DNA of 64,000 nucleotides from Emiliania huxleyi CCMP1516 (Eukaryota): NCBI RefSeq assembly GCF_000372725.1, contig NW_005201092.1, positions 656,564 to 720,563 of the forward strand, read 5' to 3'. Shown piece by piece: positions 33,733 to 44,966 of this stretch (position 1 is its first letter; each line of letters starts with the position of its first letter). The notes under the pieces were generated by a model. It saw only the letters and a program-made list of their open reading frames with translations, ran no database searches and was not told where the DNA came from. The position numbers and the translations under genes were made by a program.

Positions 33733-36722
33733 TCACAGCGCAAGCATCTTCCAGCTTGCCAAAGCCGTTGATCTGGGAGTAGTCCCATCCGGCTGTCGGC
33801 TGGGGGTGCACCACAAGCCTCTGGCCCTGGGCGTAGAGGCTCTGGATCTGCGTCAGCACAGTGGTGCGGCCAACGACGCGCGAAAGCTGGTCTGCGAGCT
33901 GCTCGTGGGTGAAGCTATCTATGCGAGAGCGCTGGAGCTCCATGTCCTGCAGCACGTAGTGCAGCGCGTCGCTCACTGGGCCCGACGCCAGGTCTTTGAG
34001 AGCTCTCAGCTCATCCTCCTCCGTGCGGCTCAGCATCGTCTCCTGTGACCACGTCTCAAACTGAACGCTATTCGGGTCGTTGAAGATGTCTCCGTACGAA
34101 AGTCCGTACCACGGCGATGAGTTGTTGCGCGACAGAATCGAGAAGAGGGTGCTAAGCTCTTGGTTATCCCTGAGGTAGCCAACCGACACGGACTCAGCCT
34201 CCGCGTACTGCTGCAGACCCGCATACCATTGGTCAAGACCCGCACGAACGGCGTCGAGCGTGCGATATGGGCCTGGAAGGCAAGTGCTGGGGCTGCAGGC
34301 CTTGCGGCAATCGAACTTCACCTCCTTCTCGTAGGCATCTCGCTTTTGACTGAAGCTGCTCGAAGCGCCACCCCCGGAACCTGAGGCACTTTCCACTTTG
34401 ATCTCCGCAGCGACTTCGAAGGCTTTGTTGCGATCTGAGGGGCGGGCGGCGGTAGGGGAGGGGGGTCGTGGGGGAGGCTAGGCGGGTGGAGGGTGGAGGG
34501 GGGAAGGTGGGGCGGTGGGGGAGGGGGGTCGTGGGAGGCTAGGCGGGTGGAGGGGGGAAGGTGGGGAATGGGAGATCGAGGCAGTCGCATGAGCCACCGG
34601 CACCTTCTGTCTTGCTGGTCATGACGCAGGTGCCGCTGAAGTAGCCACCATAGAAGATGCCCGTCACGAAGAAGTGCGAAAATTGTGCGCTGTTCCATGC
34701 GGCTGGCCCAAGATGGAACATCCGCTTGAAGTACTCGGTAAGCCTCAGCAAGTGCGGATTGAAGAGGGTTTGGTGGCGGACGTGCATAGCGACGGCTCTG
34801 TGCCGAGCACTGCGGAGGTCCTCGTGGTATGGCCTGATTGAAGGAAGTGCAGCGAGCCTTTCGCGGTCACGCCGTACCCGTTGCCCTCAGCCTTCGTGCT
34901 CGACTCGATCACTTCGCGCATCCTCGTCTCTGTGCGGATGTCGATCGATTTACCCAAGGCATCTCCGCCGACGATCGAGGCGTTTGGTGGGGTGAGAGAC
35001 GACACGCAGGCCTGAGTGAGCTGCTCTTCCGGGGCTAGGTCAGCACAGTTGGGCGGAATGACGAACATTGCCAGGCCATTACAGCTTTTGCCAAAGAGGT
35101 CGTAGGGCTGCCCGTGCTGGCACAGTTCCGGATGGTCGATGGAAAGAAGGATGTTGTGGAGCGGAGGGACGCCGCCGAGGAACGTGTTGGCTCCGCCCTG
35201 CGCAAACGGGGGCAGCGACACGGACAGGCAATCGGGGCCAGTGCACCTGCAGCGAGGACGGCCGTGAGAAAGGGTGGGATGGGATGATACGAGTGAGACG
35301 AGTATCGGTAGGTGATGGCACCTTTCCGGTGGCGGCGTTGGCAGCGCCTTTGCCGTGGAGACCAACAGCGCGAGGTACTTGGCCAGCATAAGCGTATGTC
35401 TGTATTGCTTGCAGATTCGGTGTGCGGCAGGAGGATATCGGTTCTGCCGTCGTGTCTCCGGACGTTTCTCCCTTGGCGTCCATGGCGATTTTCGGTGGAC
35501 CCGTTCTGTCCTGTCCTGGGTATAATTTCACGCTTGGCACCCCCCTGCACAGCGGGTCCCCAAGGGTGAATCTAGATAGGCTGCTGAATGATCGTTGGTT
35601 GGCCTATTATATAGGTTGCGACAACCCAGCCAGGCAGCCAGACAGAAAGAAACCAGAGCGGAGAGGGCCCCCAGCACTTTGCGTTTCCAGCCAGGAGCAG
35701 AGGAACAGTACATACATCTGCACGTCGGTGTCCGAGCGCGCGTAGTCCACCTTCTTGTATGTATACGCCACGTAGCCACCACGCCGTCGCTCGGCCTGAA
35801 GTCACCGTCCCCGACAGCACCGCGCTGCTCGAGGCCGAAGCCGTCCGCGCTCGTTCGTGCCGGGCACAGTATTGATTGCCGAGGCCGAAGAAAGCGCCGC
35901 GCGCTGGCCGACGTCCTCCGGGTTCTCCTCCAACTTTGTTTCAAAACATCGAAGGCTGGCTCAAAAAAAAATCGAAAGCTAGTTTCATAACTAACATCGA
36001 AGCTTTCTCTACTCAACATCGAAGACCTCAAAAACGGGAATGTACGTAAAGAGCTACATACAATGAGAGAGATAAGCTAAAAGTACGTACGTACAATGAG
36101 AGGGGGGGAGCGGCGTGGCGTGGAGCTCCGAGATAGCGCGAGATCGCCCGAGATCGCGCGGCGCGGCCCGAGATCGCCCGAGATCGCGCGGTCGGTTCTG
36201 CGGCGCCACGCGTTCTTGCACACACATGGAGTGTAAGATACTCGTTCCGTTGCCGTCCCAAACTGTCCCACTCACTCCCCTTTCTCCCGCCCCGGCCGGG
36301 GTGGGGCGCACGCGGGGGCGGCGGGTGTGCGGGATGTCTGTGGGCCCGAGAGCGATGTGCGTGTGTCCGCCTTGCGTTTGTGTTGTTTCATTCATTTCAT
36401 CGAACTAGCTCATCGATGACCGGCGGCCGCCGCGGTCGTTCCGGCGGCGGCGTCGGCGTCGGCGTCGCGAGCGAACTGGCTCGCATTCGACGAGCGACCC
36501 TCTTTCTTCACAGTAGGTAGGGTGATATTGGCCGCTCTGTGTATCTCGAGACCTCGCTCGAGAGAGGGCCGCCCGCAGGCCTCCCCGAGGGCCCAAGTCA
36601 AGAAGTGGCTTTCTTTTGGCGGGCAAAGGGTGATACGAATTTTTACTATACAGGGTGATAAGAAACAAGAACTTTGCGTGCGACGACAGTGAGGTCAGTC
36701 GGGCCGCGGCGCCGCCACATAC

Positions 36723-38732
36723 ATGGACTACTCCATGTGGCTCTACAGCGGCGGCAAAGTCGGCGCGCCGATGCTGACTCCCGAGGATGCTCAGCGGGCG
36801 CCGCCTGAGGGTGCAAAGGAGGCCACTGGGTGCTCGTCAAGCGATGTGCAGCCTTCCGGCGGCGAGGCCCTCGCAGAGGCCGCCGCCAGCAGCAGGCGGG
36901 CGCCCGACGCGATTGCGCGAGCGATCGAGCGAGACGACGCGGCGACGGTTCAGGCGTGGCTCACCGGCGGCGGGCGGGTCACGGATATGTGCAAGGGCGT
37001 CGAGAATTCGACCGTCAAATATCCGGCGCTTCCGATGTTGGCGATAGCCGCCGGCATGGGCCACGATCAAGTGGTCGCCGTGCTGCTGCAGCACGGTGCG
37101 GACTCCGACGAGCATTACGAAGGAGGCCTCACGCCGCTGATGAACGCTGCCAAAAACGGCCACCTGCGAGTGGCCGAAATGTTGCTGCTGCACGGTGCGG
37201 ATGTCAACCGGCAGACCAGAGATGGCAAGACTGCACTGATGAGCGCCGCGTTTGGCGGCCACCCATCCGTCGTCCTTCGCCTGCTCCGGGCTGGCGCAGA
37301 CATGAAGACGCGCTGCGAGGACGATTATACGGCGCTGCAGATGGCCAAGGAGAACGGCCGCACCGCGTGCGTAGAGGCCTTTCGAAAGCACATCGAGGCG
37401 GTGGCAGCGGGTGGTGAGGCGGGCGCTGCCTCTATGGCCGGAGCAGAGGGCGAGCCTAGCCTCGGCACGTCCGTCCCACTTAAGGTCCTGCAGGCGGCTA
37501 TGAGTGGTGGCGACGAGGCTGTGATGCAGGAGTGGCTCGGCGGGGGCGGGCAGGCCAACACGACGGTCTACGTTTCGGGCGAGCAGGAGGCACTCCCGCT
37601 CCTCATTTTCGCCGCCTCAAATGGCCACGAGCGTGTGGTGGACATGCTGCTGCGGCACGGCGCGGAGGTCGACGTAAAGGACGGCAGAGGACAAACGGCG
37701 CTGAATAAGGCCTCAGCCGGCAACGAGCGGATGGTCGAATCGCTGCTGCAGCACGGCGCGGACGTCAACGGGCAAGTCGGCGGTCTGAGTGCGCTCATAA
37801 TCGCCGCTAAACACGACCAACCCCTCATCGTGCGCCGGCTGCTGCAGGCGGGTGCCGACCCGAGGGAGAAAGTGGTGTTCGCCCTGCCTCAAAACTGGAC
37901 GCCATTGGACGCCAGGGAAAGCGAGAAAATTGCCTCATGGACGGGCCAGACGTACACGGCGATGCAAATGGCCAATGAACACAGCCCTGAGTGCCATCGA
38001 ATCATGGTTGAGCACGCTAAGAAATTGTGGAACGCAGAGTGGGATGCGGAGGACGCGGAGATGGCTGCACGGGAGGCCGAGGCGAGGCGGCGAGGTGACG
38101 CGCTGCTTGCGGAGCTCGAGGCGGAGGAGGAGGCGGAGCGCGGCAAGCAGGGCAGAAAGTCGAAGAAGAAGAAGAAGAACAAGGGCGGTGGGAGAGGGGC
38201 CGGGCCGCCGCAGGCGCCTGCTGAGGCAGAGGAGGTGAGGGAATCGGCGTTGGCGACGGCAGAGGAGGCGGAGCTGGCGGCGGCGCTTGAGGATAGCGTG
38301 AGGGTGGAGGATGAGCGAGCGGCAGGCGCGGTGTCAGGCTACGTGCCCCAGTCAGGTGTGGTAGCAGAGCCGCGAGGACAGGCGGCAGCGGAGGCGCCGG
38401 CAGAGGCGGCACCGGCAGAGGCGGCGCAGGCGCCGGCAGCGGCACAGGCGCCGGCAGAGGCGGCACCGCCGGCAGGGAGCAACGCAATCCCGCCGGAACT
38501 GTTGGCGCAGCTGCAGTGTCCCCTCTCCCTCGAGATCATGACCGACCCGGTGATGAACGCCTCTGGGCAAACCTATGAGCGCTCAGCCATCGAGAAGTGG
38601 TACTCCATGGGCAAGCGGACCGACCCGATGACCGGCGTGGTCCTCGAACACACGAATTTGGTGCCAAACGTGGCGCTACGAAGCATGTGCCGCTGGTATG
38701 AGACCGCGCGACGCGGTATGTGCGCGACCTAG
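36723..38732 (+). CDS. Ankyrin-repeat U-box E3 ubiquitin ligase-like protein
   Basis: Several ANK repeats (GLTPLMNAAKNGH, GKTALMSAAFGGH), a coiled coil, and a U-box CPLSLEIMTDPV...GQTYERSAIEKW...TDPMT...LVPNVALR. Confidence 0.92.
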   Translation: MDYSMWLYSGGKVGAPMLTPEDAQRAPPEGAKEATGCSSSDVQPSGGEALAEAAASSRRAPDAIARAIERDDAATVQAWLTGGGRVTDMCKGVENSTVKYPALPMLAIAAGMGHDQVVAVLLQHGADSDEHYEGGLTPLMNAAKNGHLRVAEMLLLHGADVNRQTRDGKTALMSAAFGGHPSVVLRLLRAGADMKTRCEDDYTALQMAKENGRTACVEAFRKHIEAVAAGGEAGAASMAGAEGEPSLGTSVPLKVLQAAMSGGDEAVMQEWLGGGGQANTTVYVSGEQEALPLLIFAASNGHERVVDMLLRHGAEVDVKDGRGQTALNKASAGNERMVESLLQHGADVNGQVGGLSALIIAAKHDQPLIVRRLLQAGADPREKVVFALPQNWTPLDARESEKIASWTGQTYTAMQMANEHSPECHRIMVEHAKKLWNAEWDAEDAEMAAREAEARRRGDALLAELEAEEEAERGKQGRKSKKKKKNKGGGRGAGPPQAPAEAEEVRESALATAEEAELAAALEDSVRVEDERAAGAVSGYVPQSGVVAEPRGQAAAEAPAEAAPAEAAQAPAAAQAPAEAAPPAGSNAIPPELLAQLQCPLSLEIMTDPVMNASGQTYERSAIEKWYSMGKRTDPMTGVVLEHTNLVPNVALRSMCRWYETARRGMCAT

Positions 38733-39074
38733 TCGCATACTATGAGATGGCGTCGGCTGTGGAATGCGTTAGCGCTTAACTTATGTTCACACCGCGCGCA
38801 TGGCGCATGGCGGATGGCGCATACGCGTCATCCACGCACGCGGTACCGAAACCGCGACAGCTTGCGAAAGTTCCCGAGAACTCGTGGCGGAGGGGGAGCC
38901 GCAGGTGGGCGCGCACACACAGAAATACAAAATCTCAAAAACGACGCCGACGGCCGCCGTGTGGGGAAGCGTGGTCTCCAGCCGCGCGGGCGGCGAGAAG
39001 TGCAGAGTCCAGAGACGGCACAAAATTACATGTGAGCTAGGCACAGCAGTGACAGGCAGATGCACCCACCGGCG

Positions 39075-40167
39075 TCACCCATCCCGGTACAACCTCACGG
39101 GCGCGGACCCGTCGAGTCCCAGCCGCTCGCAGATCGCCGCGACCAGGACGGCGGTCTCCTCCTCGCTCTCGCAGCCGCCATCGCCGTGCAACGACCTGGT
39201 GAGCTTCGAGTGCAGCAGCTCGCCGTCGCATTCGACTTCGAATGAGTCTCTCCCCGCCGCGTCCGCCACCGTGCTCACAGAAAAGCCGTGCGGGCCGAAC
39301 ATCGTCTGCAGCCGGTACGCCAGCGCATTCGCCTGGCGCTCGGAGCAGCCGCCGTGCACGATGCGAACGCGGACGCCGCCGCTCGCCGCCCGCACAGCCG
39401 CCGCGCTCATCAGCGGCGCTGTCCGCCGCAGCGGCCGGCACGCGCCCTCGCCTGGCGCGCGGCCGCGGTTGCTGCGCTCGAGGCAGTCTGCGTTGACGGC
39501 GACCGCGCGGAAGGACGCGGCGACCGCCTCGAGCTCGACGCGCAGCGGGCTCGCCTCCTCGAAGAAGCTTACGGCCGCCTACGGGAAGGTTCCGAGGAGC
39601 TTCGTGCAAGGTTCCGCAGCGGGCTCGCCTCCTCGTGCAAAACGTCGCCGGCTTGGCCGCCCGCACCCGGAGGCAGTACAGCCGCTGCTGCAGGACGGCG
39701 AGCTTGGCGATGGCCGGCTTGGCGCCGACTTGGTAACGCACGACGTAGTACTCGGCCGGGCCAGCCGCGGGCAGCTGTTCCGCCGACACCACTCCCGCCG
39801 ACTTTGCGTCGTCGTCGTTGAAGAGCTCGTTCGAGACGAGACCCTGAGCGATGTCGTCCAGCGAGCCGAGATCTCGCAGCGTGTCGCCGTACCGTCGGCC
39901 TCGGGAGCCTCCGTCGACGACCGCCTGCAGGCTCGCGCCGCCGTCGAGCCGCTGCGCTCGCACGGACAGAAGGTGCCCGCGTGACGCACGCTCCTGCTCC
40001 GGGAGAGTGACGCCGATCCAGCCCTGCGGCAGCGCAAAGGCGACCGACCCGTCATCCGCCTCGTAGAGCGCGGCCACGTCGGAAGCAGAGCCCGGCCGGC
40101 GAGTCGCTGTGAAGCAGCCGCCGCCGAGCAGGCCCGAAACGAGGAGCCGGCGGCCGAGCGACAGCAT
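39075..40167 (-). CDS. PsbP-like domain protein fused to a SelW/Rdx-like domain; 1 GC-AG intron (about 39579-39648)
   Basis: FALPQGW, DLGSLDDIA, YYVVRY, RLYCLRV and AVAASF (PsbP fold), read in frame into VRIVHGGCS...SFEVECDGELLHSKL...GDG. Confidence 0.65.
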
Positions 40168-40310
40168 AAGTTTCGCACCGATTCTAGTTGTCTTTGCACG
40201 GCTGGCTAGCGCTCGAAAGCGCCAGCTCGACCGCTTGCGGGGGGGGGGGGGGGGGCGGAGCAGCTACGAGAAGTGGCAAGACTCTACCCGGGTACCCGGG
40301 TACTCGAGTA

Positions 40311-40946
40311 ATCTGTGAAGTGGGCCATGTTCTCGACGAGTGAGGTCATCGGCACGCCTAATATAAAAGAAGAATAAGAAGAAGTGGGCCACAAATTTGG
40401 TTTCGGCGGCACCCTCGACCATAACCTTGCTCAAGGTTCTTGGGTGCAAAGAGCGCGGCCACACACAAGTCACAGGGCCCGCTCGTCCATGCGACCATGC
40501 GACCGGCAAAGGCTGGGTCAAAGAGCACAAGGGACAGTACTACGACGCGCTCCATGTCAAGAACGGAATCGTCAAAATTTGTCTCGTCGAAAGCCAGGGG
40601 GCGGCATCGCGCCGCCGACCAAGAGAATCATCCACAACTTCGCCAAAGAGGTCGGCAGCCCGAGCGCCGTCGACCGCACCGACTACGGCACAGCCTCCGG
40701 CAGCGCCCGGGGCTTCGCCCAGCACCACTCGCAACAGCTCTCGCGCGCCGCCGTCTGTGGCGACGCGCGGAACATCAACAACGCGCTCGCAACATGCGTG
40801 TCGCGCACTCATTCATGACCGGTCTCAATGCCCCACCCCCCTGCGCGCGGGCCTTCTATCTAGACCCGCGGGTAGTCTCCCCCCAAGCCCCATTCGCATT
40901 CCAGGGCCTCCAGGGCTGCAAAAGTATTTTCTTCTCAAGAACAAGG
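40311..40946 (+). mobile_element. Decayed 3' fragment of an RLE-type (CRE-like) non-LTR retrotransposon, with a small nested insert at 40328-40380
   Basis: Frameshifted CLVESQGGI...QQLSRAAVCGDARNI resembles an RLE-LINE C-terminus. The nested (AAG)n-tailed insert has the 11-bp TSD GAAGTGGGCCA. Confidence 0.55.
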
Positions 40947-41031
40947 CTGTGAGCAGAATTCGGGTGGCAACTCAGCGATGCATACTTAGCACAAAAGCAC
41001 AAAAGAAAAAACGATTCTCAAGTTCACACAC

Positions 41032-42436
41032 ATGTGTGTGCTTCTGTTCACTTTCACCCTCTCGCTGCGAGCGGGCGTCGCCCCGCCGCGCTCGCTAGAT
41101 CGCTTCGTCGTGGCCGCCGCCGGCGTGCGGATGGCCGCGCCGCCGCCGGAGCCGCCGCGCGACTCCTTGAGCATGGAGCGCGAGGCGTTGGCGAGGCGAG
41201 CGGCCGAGGTGGCCGACGCCGTCCGGGAGGGCGGCCCGGCCGCGGCAGCGCGGAGCCTGGCCTCGCGCGTGGTGGGTGGCGTCACGGTGGACGGCGCGCT
41301 CGAGGCGCTCGAGCGCGCGCGGCAGGAGGCTGGCGGTCAAACCGGCAACGAGGCGGCCGAGGCGGCGGCGGCGGTGGCGGCCGCATCGCCAGAGTCGGTC
41401 GCGCTGGCGGACGAGCTTCCGGACTCGTTCGAGGACTCGGTGGAGCGTGCGGTGGCCTCGCTCGCGCGCGCGGTCGACGGCGGCGCGACGCGCCTCGTCG
41501 TCGAGTTCGACACGTCGGCCGGCGACGAGACGTACACGCTGCTCTCGCGCACGATGCAGCTGGCGCGGCCGATGCTTCCGATGCTGGCGGCGGCGCTGGC
41601 GCTCGAGCCGGCCGAGGCGGACGCCGACGCCGACGCCGACGCCGCCGACCCGCCCGCCGCGGGCTTGCAGCTTCTCGTGCCTGACGAGGGGACCGCCGCG
41701 ATGGTGCGGATGCAGTGGGAGCTGCCGCGGGGAACTGTCGTCGGGTCGATGGGGCGGGTGTCGCTGGCGGTGGGGGCAAGCGCGCTGGTGCTCGTCGCCC
41801 CGGGCGCGACCGAGGTGGCCACTGTCCAGCGGCTGCTGCGCGAGGTTGAGGAGGGGGCCGCGGGCGCGCCAGCGGCGGTGTCTGGAGCCCGAGGCTCGAG
41901 CCCTGCAGCCTGAAGCCTCGAGGGCTCTGTAGGCCTCCCGGTGCTGATGCTCAACCCGAAGCTGGTCGACATGCAGTCGACCGGCTACGGGCTGGTGGGG
42001 CGCGAGCTGCGCTCGCTCGTCGCGGACACGTTCGAGGTCATTCTGCCCCAAGCGCCCCTGCGCGGCGGCGGCGTGGCTGGTCCTTTCATTCGGACCCTTG
42101 CTGAACAGGTGGCCTTCTGCCTCAAGACGCTGCTCGGCGGCGCGCTCTACCGCTCGTACCCCAACGATTGGGCCGTGTGGCGCGAGGACGCCGGCGCAGC
42201 CAACGGGCCCGCGCCTGCTCGAGCCCTTCCCGGAATGTTCTCTCGGACCGCCCTCTCGACCTCCTCCGGCCCTCCCCGGTAGGTACGCCGCCGCCTACTC
42301 GGGCCCGCGCCGGCCGGCGCCCGACGACATCGACGGGCTCCTCTTCCCCGAAAGCGAGGAGTCGCCCGGCGGCGGAGGCGGGGCGTCCTTCCTGGACGGC
42401 TTCGCAAAGTTCGTCAAGGGGTTCCAGGCGATGTGA
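41032..42436 (+). CDS. DUF1995-domain plastid-type protein, multi-exon
   Basis: LPDSFEDSV...RLVVEFD, LVPDEGTAAM, LVAP, VLMLNPKL and GALYRSYPNDWAVW motifs; bipartite-like N-terminus. Confidence 0.75.
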
Positions 42437-42895
42437 GCGCCCTTGGCGGGCACTTGGCGGGCACCGGGCTCGGCGGGGGGCGCGGCCCGCGGCGTCGTCG
42501 GAGGGACTTGTGAATGTGGGCAACACGTGATGTCGCGGGCGAGGTAGCATGCCCTGGTCTGTTAACAACAACACGCAGCCACGACTCTTGCCCTCTTCGC
42601 GCAGAAATATGCACACATATCCAAGACGGCGTGCGCCCACCCTTGGAGCATAAATAAATAAATAGAGCTCAGACATCTCCAGGAGAGATGGGCGACGGCC
42701 GACGCACGAACACAGATAAATAAATAAATACAACGGACATCCCAAGCTAGGGCTGGGTCGAGGACAGACACGTCCCCACCTTTGCAGGATTTTGCAAAAG
42801 CGAGGGCACGAACACAGAGGGACATTGGAGAATCACGCACAAATTCTTTTTTGCCGGGACAGCTTGCTTGCCTCGTTATTGACTCGCCACCCTTC

Positions 42896-44725
42896 ATGCA
42901 CGCTCACGCCTCGTGGTACGCGCTCCAGCTGTCAGCAGTGCTGCTGTGGTGGGCCTTGATCAAGAGGATGACCGGCAAACATCTCTACTCGCTCTGCTCC
43001 TCGAGCGTCATCACCCGTCCGTCGTGGCTTTCGCGAGAAGCTCTCACTCTCCTCGTCTCGCACAAACGCCAAATCTTCCTCGCGCTTCCGGCGGCTCTGG
43101 CGGCCGGCGCGTTCGCAGGCCAGCACGCGCTGGTTCGTCTGCTCGTTGCGCTGGTCGTCTCGCTTTATCACCTGTCCGAGAGCAGCCACACGAACCGGCA
43201 CGGCGAGTATCCGGTGCTGTACACGGCGTGGGCAATGGTCCTGCCGGCCAGCTTCGCGCACGCTGCGAGCATGGGCGTCGCCATTCACTTTGTCCTCTCC
43301 TGCGGCATCGCAAAGTGCATGGTCGGCGGACCGCGCGCTTGGGTGTTTGGCGGAACGATGCGAACCTATTTGGAGGTGTATGGCCAGTCAACGTCGAGCA
43401 AGCCGCTCGTGCGCGGCCTGAACAGGTTGCTGGCGCGCCGCGCGAGTACGATGATCGGTGCCAGCACGCTCCTCCTCGAGTGCGTCGCAGTGCCACTCAC
43501 GCTTCTGCTGCCGGGTGCACGCTTCCTGCTCGGCGCGCCGCCGCCCCGCCCCCGATGCATGCCCCTCTCTTGCCGTCAGAAGAGTGCGCGCGTCCGGACA
43601 GGCGTGTGGGGGATGGTCGGGCTCCACGTCGGGATCGCGCTCGCCATGTCGCTCAACGTCGGGCTGGTCTTCCCGACGACTCTGCCGACGTGCAAGTCTC
43701 ATCTCGGCCAACCTCCTGCCACCTTCGATGCGTTAGGTCTTCCTGACGACTCTGCCGACGTACGTGCACGGCTTCTCCTGCGACGCGCGCGTCGGGTCGG
43801 CCGAGTGGCGTGCCTCGCCGCGCGCGGCACAAGCGCGGAAGGTCCTCGGTTTGATGCGTGGAGGGATGGGCTCGAAGGTGGCTCGCCGCCGCGGTGGCGC
43901 TGCTGCCGAGTGCGCTGGCGGTGGCGCGAGGGCGGCAGCTCGCCGAGGACTGGCCGTGCACGCCGTGCTCGCTCTTCATGTGGTCCGGCGCACAGGCGCG
44001 CAGCCTTGAATGACTCCTTTCACGCTTAGCTGCTGGTGGTGAGCTGTCACTTGCCCGGCCGAAAGTATGAGCCACTACCACCTGTTGTTGTCACGTGCAG
44101 GCGGAGAGGATCGCACGGCTCACGATGACGGGCCGGACGCGCCTCGTCCTCGCCACGCGGGAGGCGGCGCAGCAGGACCTCGTCGGGACTCGTGTCCTAC
44201 ACCACGGCGGCGCGGGCGCCTAGATGCCCTGCTAGATGCCCGAGGTTCGACCCACATCTCCCCAGACCTCGGAGCCCAGATGCGTAGCACGCGTGTCTTC
44301 CGACTGGCACTCTAGAGGACACGTATTCAGCTGAGCCTATTCGAGCCGGTATCTACCATGGCGCAGGCTCGGGCGCCTTTGGAGCGAAGGACGCGCCCGC
44401 CGGCCACGCCGTGCACGACTCGATCCTGCGTGCCACCGGCTTCACGCTGCTCCACGACAACCTCGTGGACGCCTTCGACCTGCCGGCAGACGCAGCGGCT
44501 CGCGGAGCCGACGGCGGCGCGGCGCCCGCGGCGAAAGACGCGGCCGCTCGAGAGGCGGCGGAGCTGGAGATGATGCGGCGGCTGCTGATGCGGCTGGAGC
44601 GGTGGCTTGCGCGCGAGCGTAGGCTCCTCGAGGCGTCGAGCGCGAGGCCGCTCGAGCGGGCGTATTTTGTATTGTTGGATGGCGACAAGACGAGAGTCGC
44701 AAAGGTCCTGGCCGACGCCGCGTGA
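42896..44725 (+). CDS. HTTM-like multi-pass membrane protein, multi-exon
   Basis: TM helices with RHGEY, SCGIAK...W..GG, LLEC, GLHVGIALAM and EDWPCTP. The 3' exon 44370-44725 is inferred. Confidence 0.6.
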
Positions 44726-44966
44726 GCGAGAGAGTAGAGAGAGCGAGGGGGGAGAGGGCGGTAGTGTGAGAGCGACGCCCGACGCGAAGAGCGGAGTTGA
44801 CGAGAGAGGCGTTTGTGAAGAAAATGGTTGCGCAAACCTGAAACAAACATCGGGCGTGTCAACCGTCGCCATTGTCGAAGTTTTCGAACGGACAAAAACG
44901 TCGGCTTGTCGTTCGGGACTGCGGTCCCACCGCTCCAACGCCAAGCGCTGTCCCGGAGGTTGCTGC

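Larger units (their letters stand above)
30667..35389 (-). pseudogene. Disrupted secreted MACPF-like protein with C-terminal triple Cys-rich (beta-prism/VMO-I-like) repeats
   Basis: Signal peptide; FSHFFVTGIFYGG resembles the MACPF signature; three repeats of V.G..C.G..C. Frameshift near 34803; insertions at 31306-32496 and 32523-33732. Confidence 0.6.

Noticed and set aside
25833..40310. 17-bp inverted repeat TACTCGAGTACCCGGGT (25833-25849 / 40294-40310) as the ends of a 14.5-kb transposon
   Set aside because: No TSD, the motif is built of self-palindromes, and ordinary genes lie between. More likely two copies of a small repeat.
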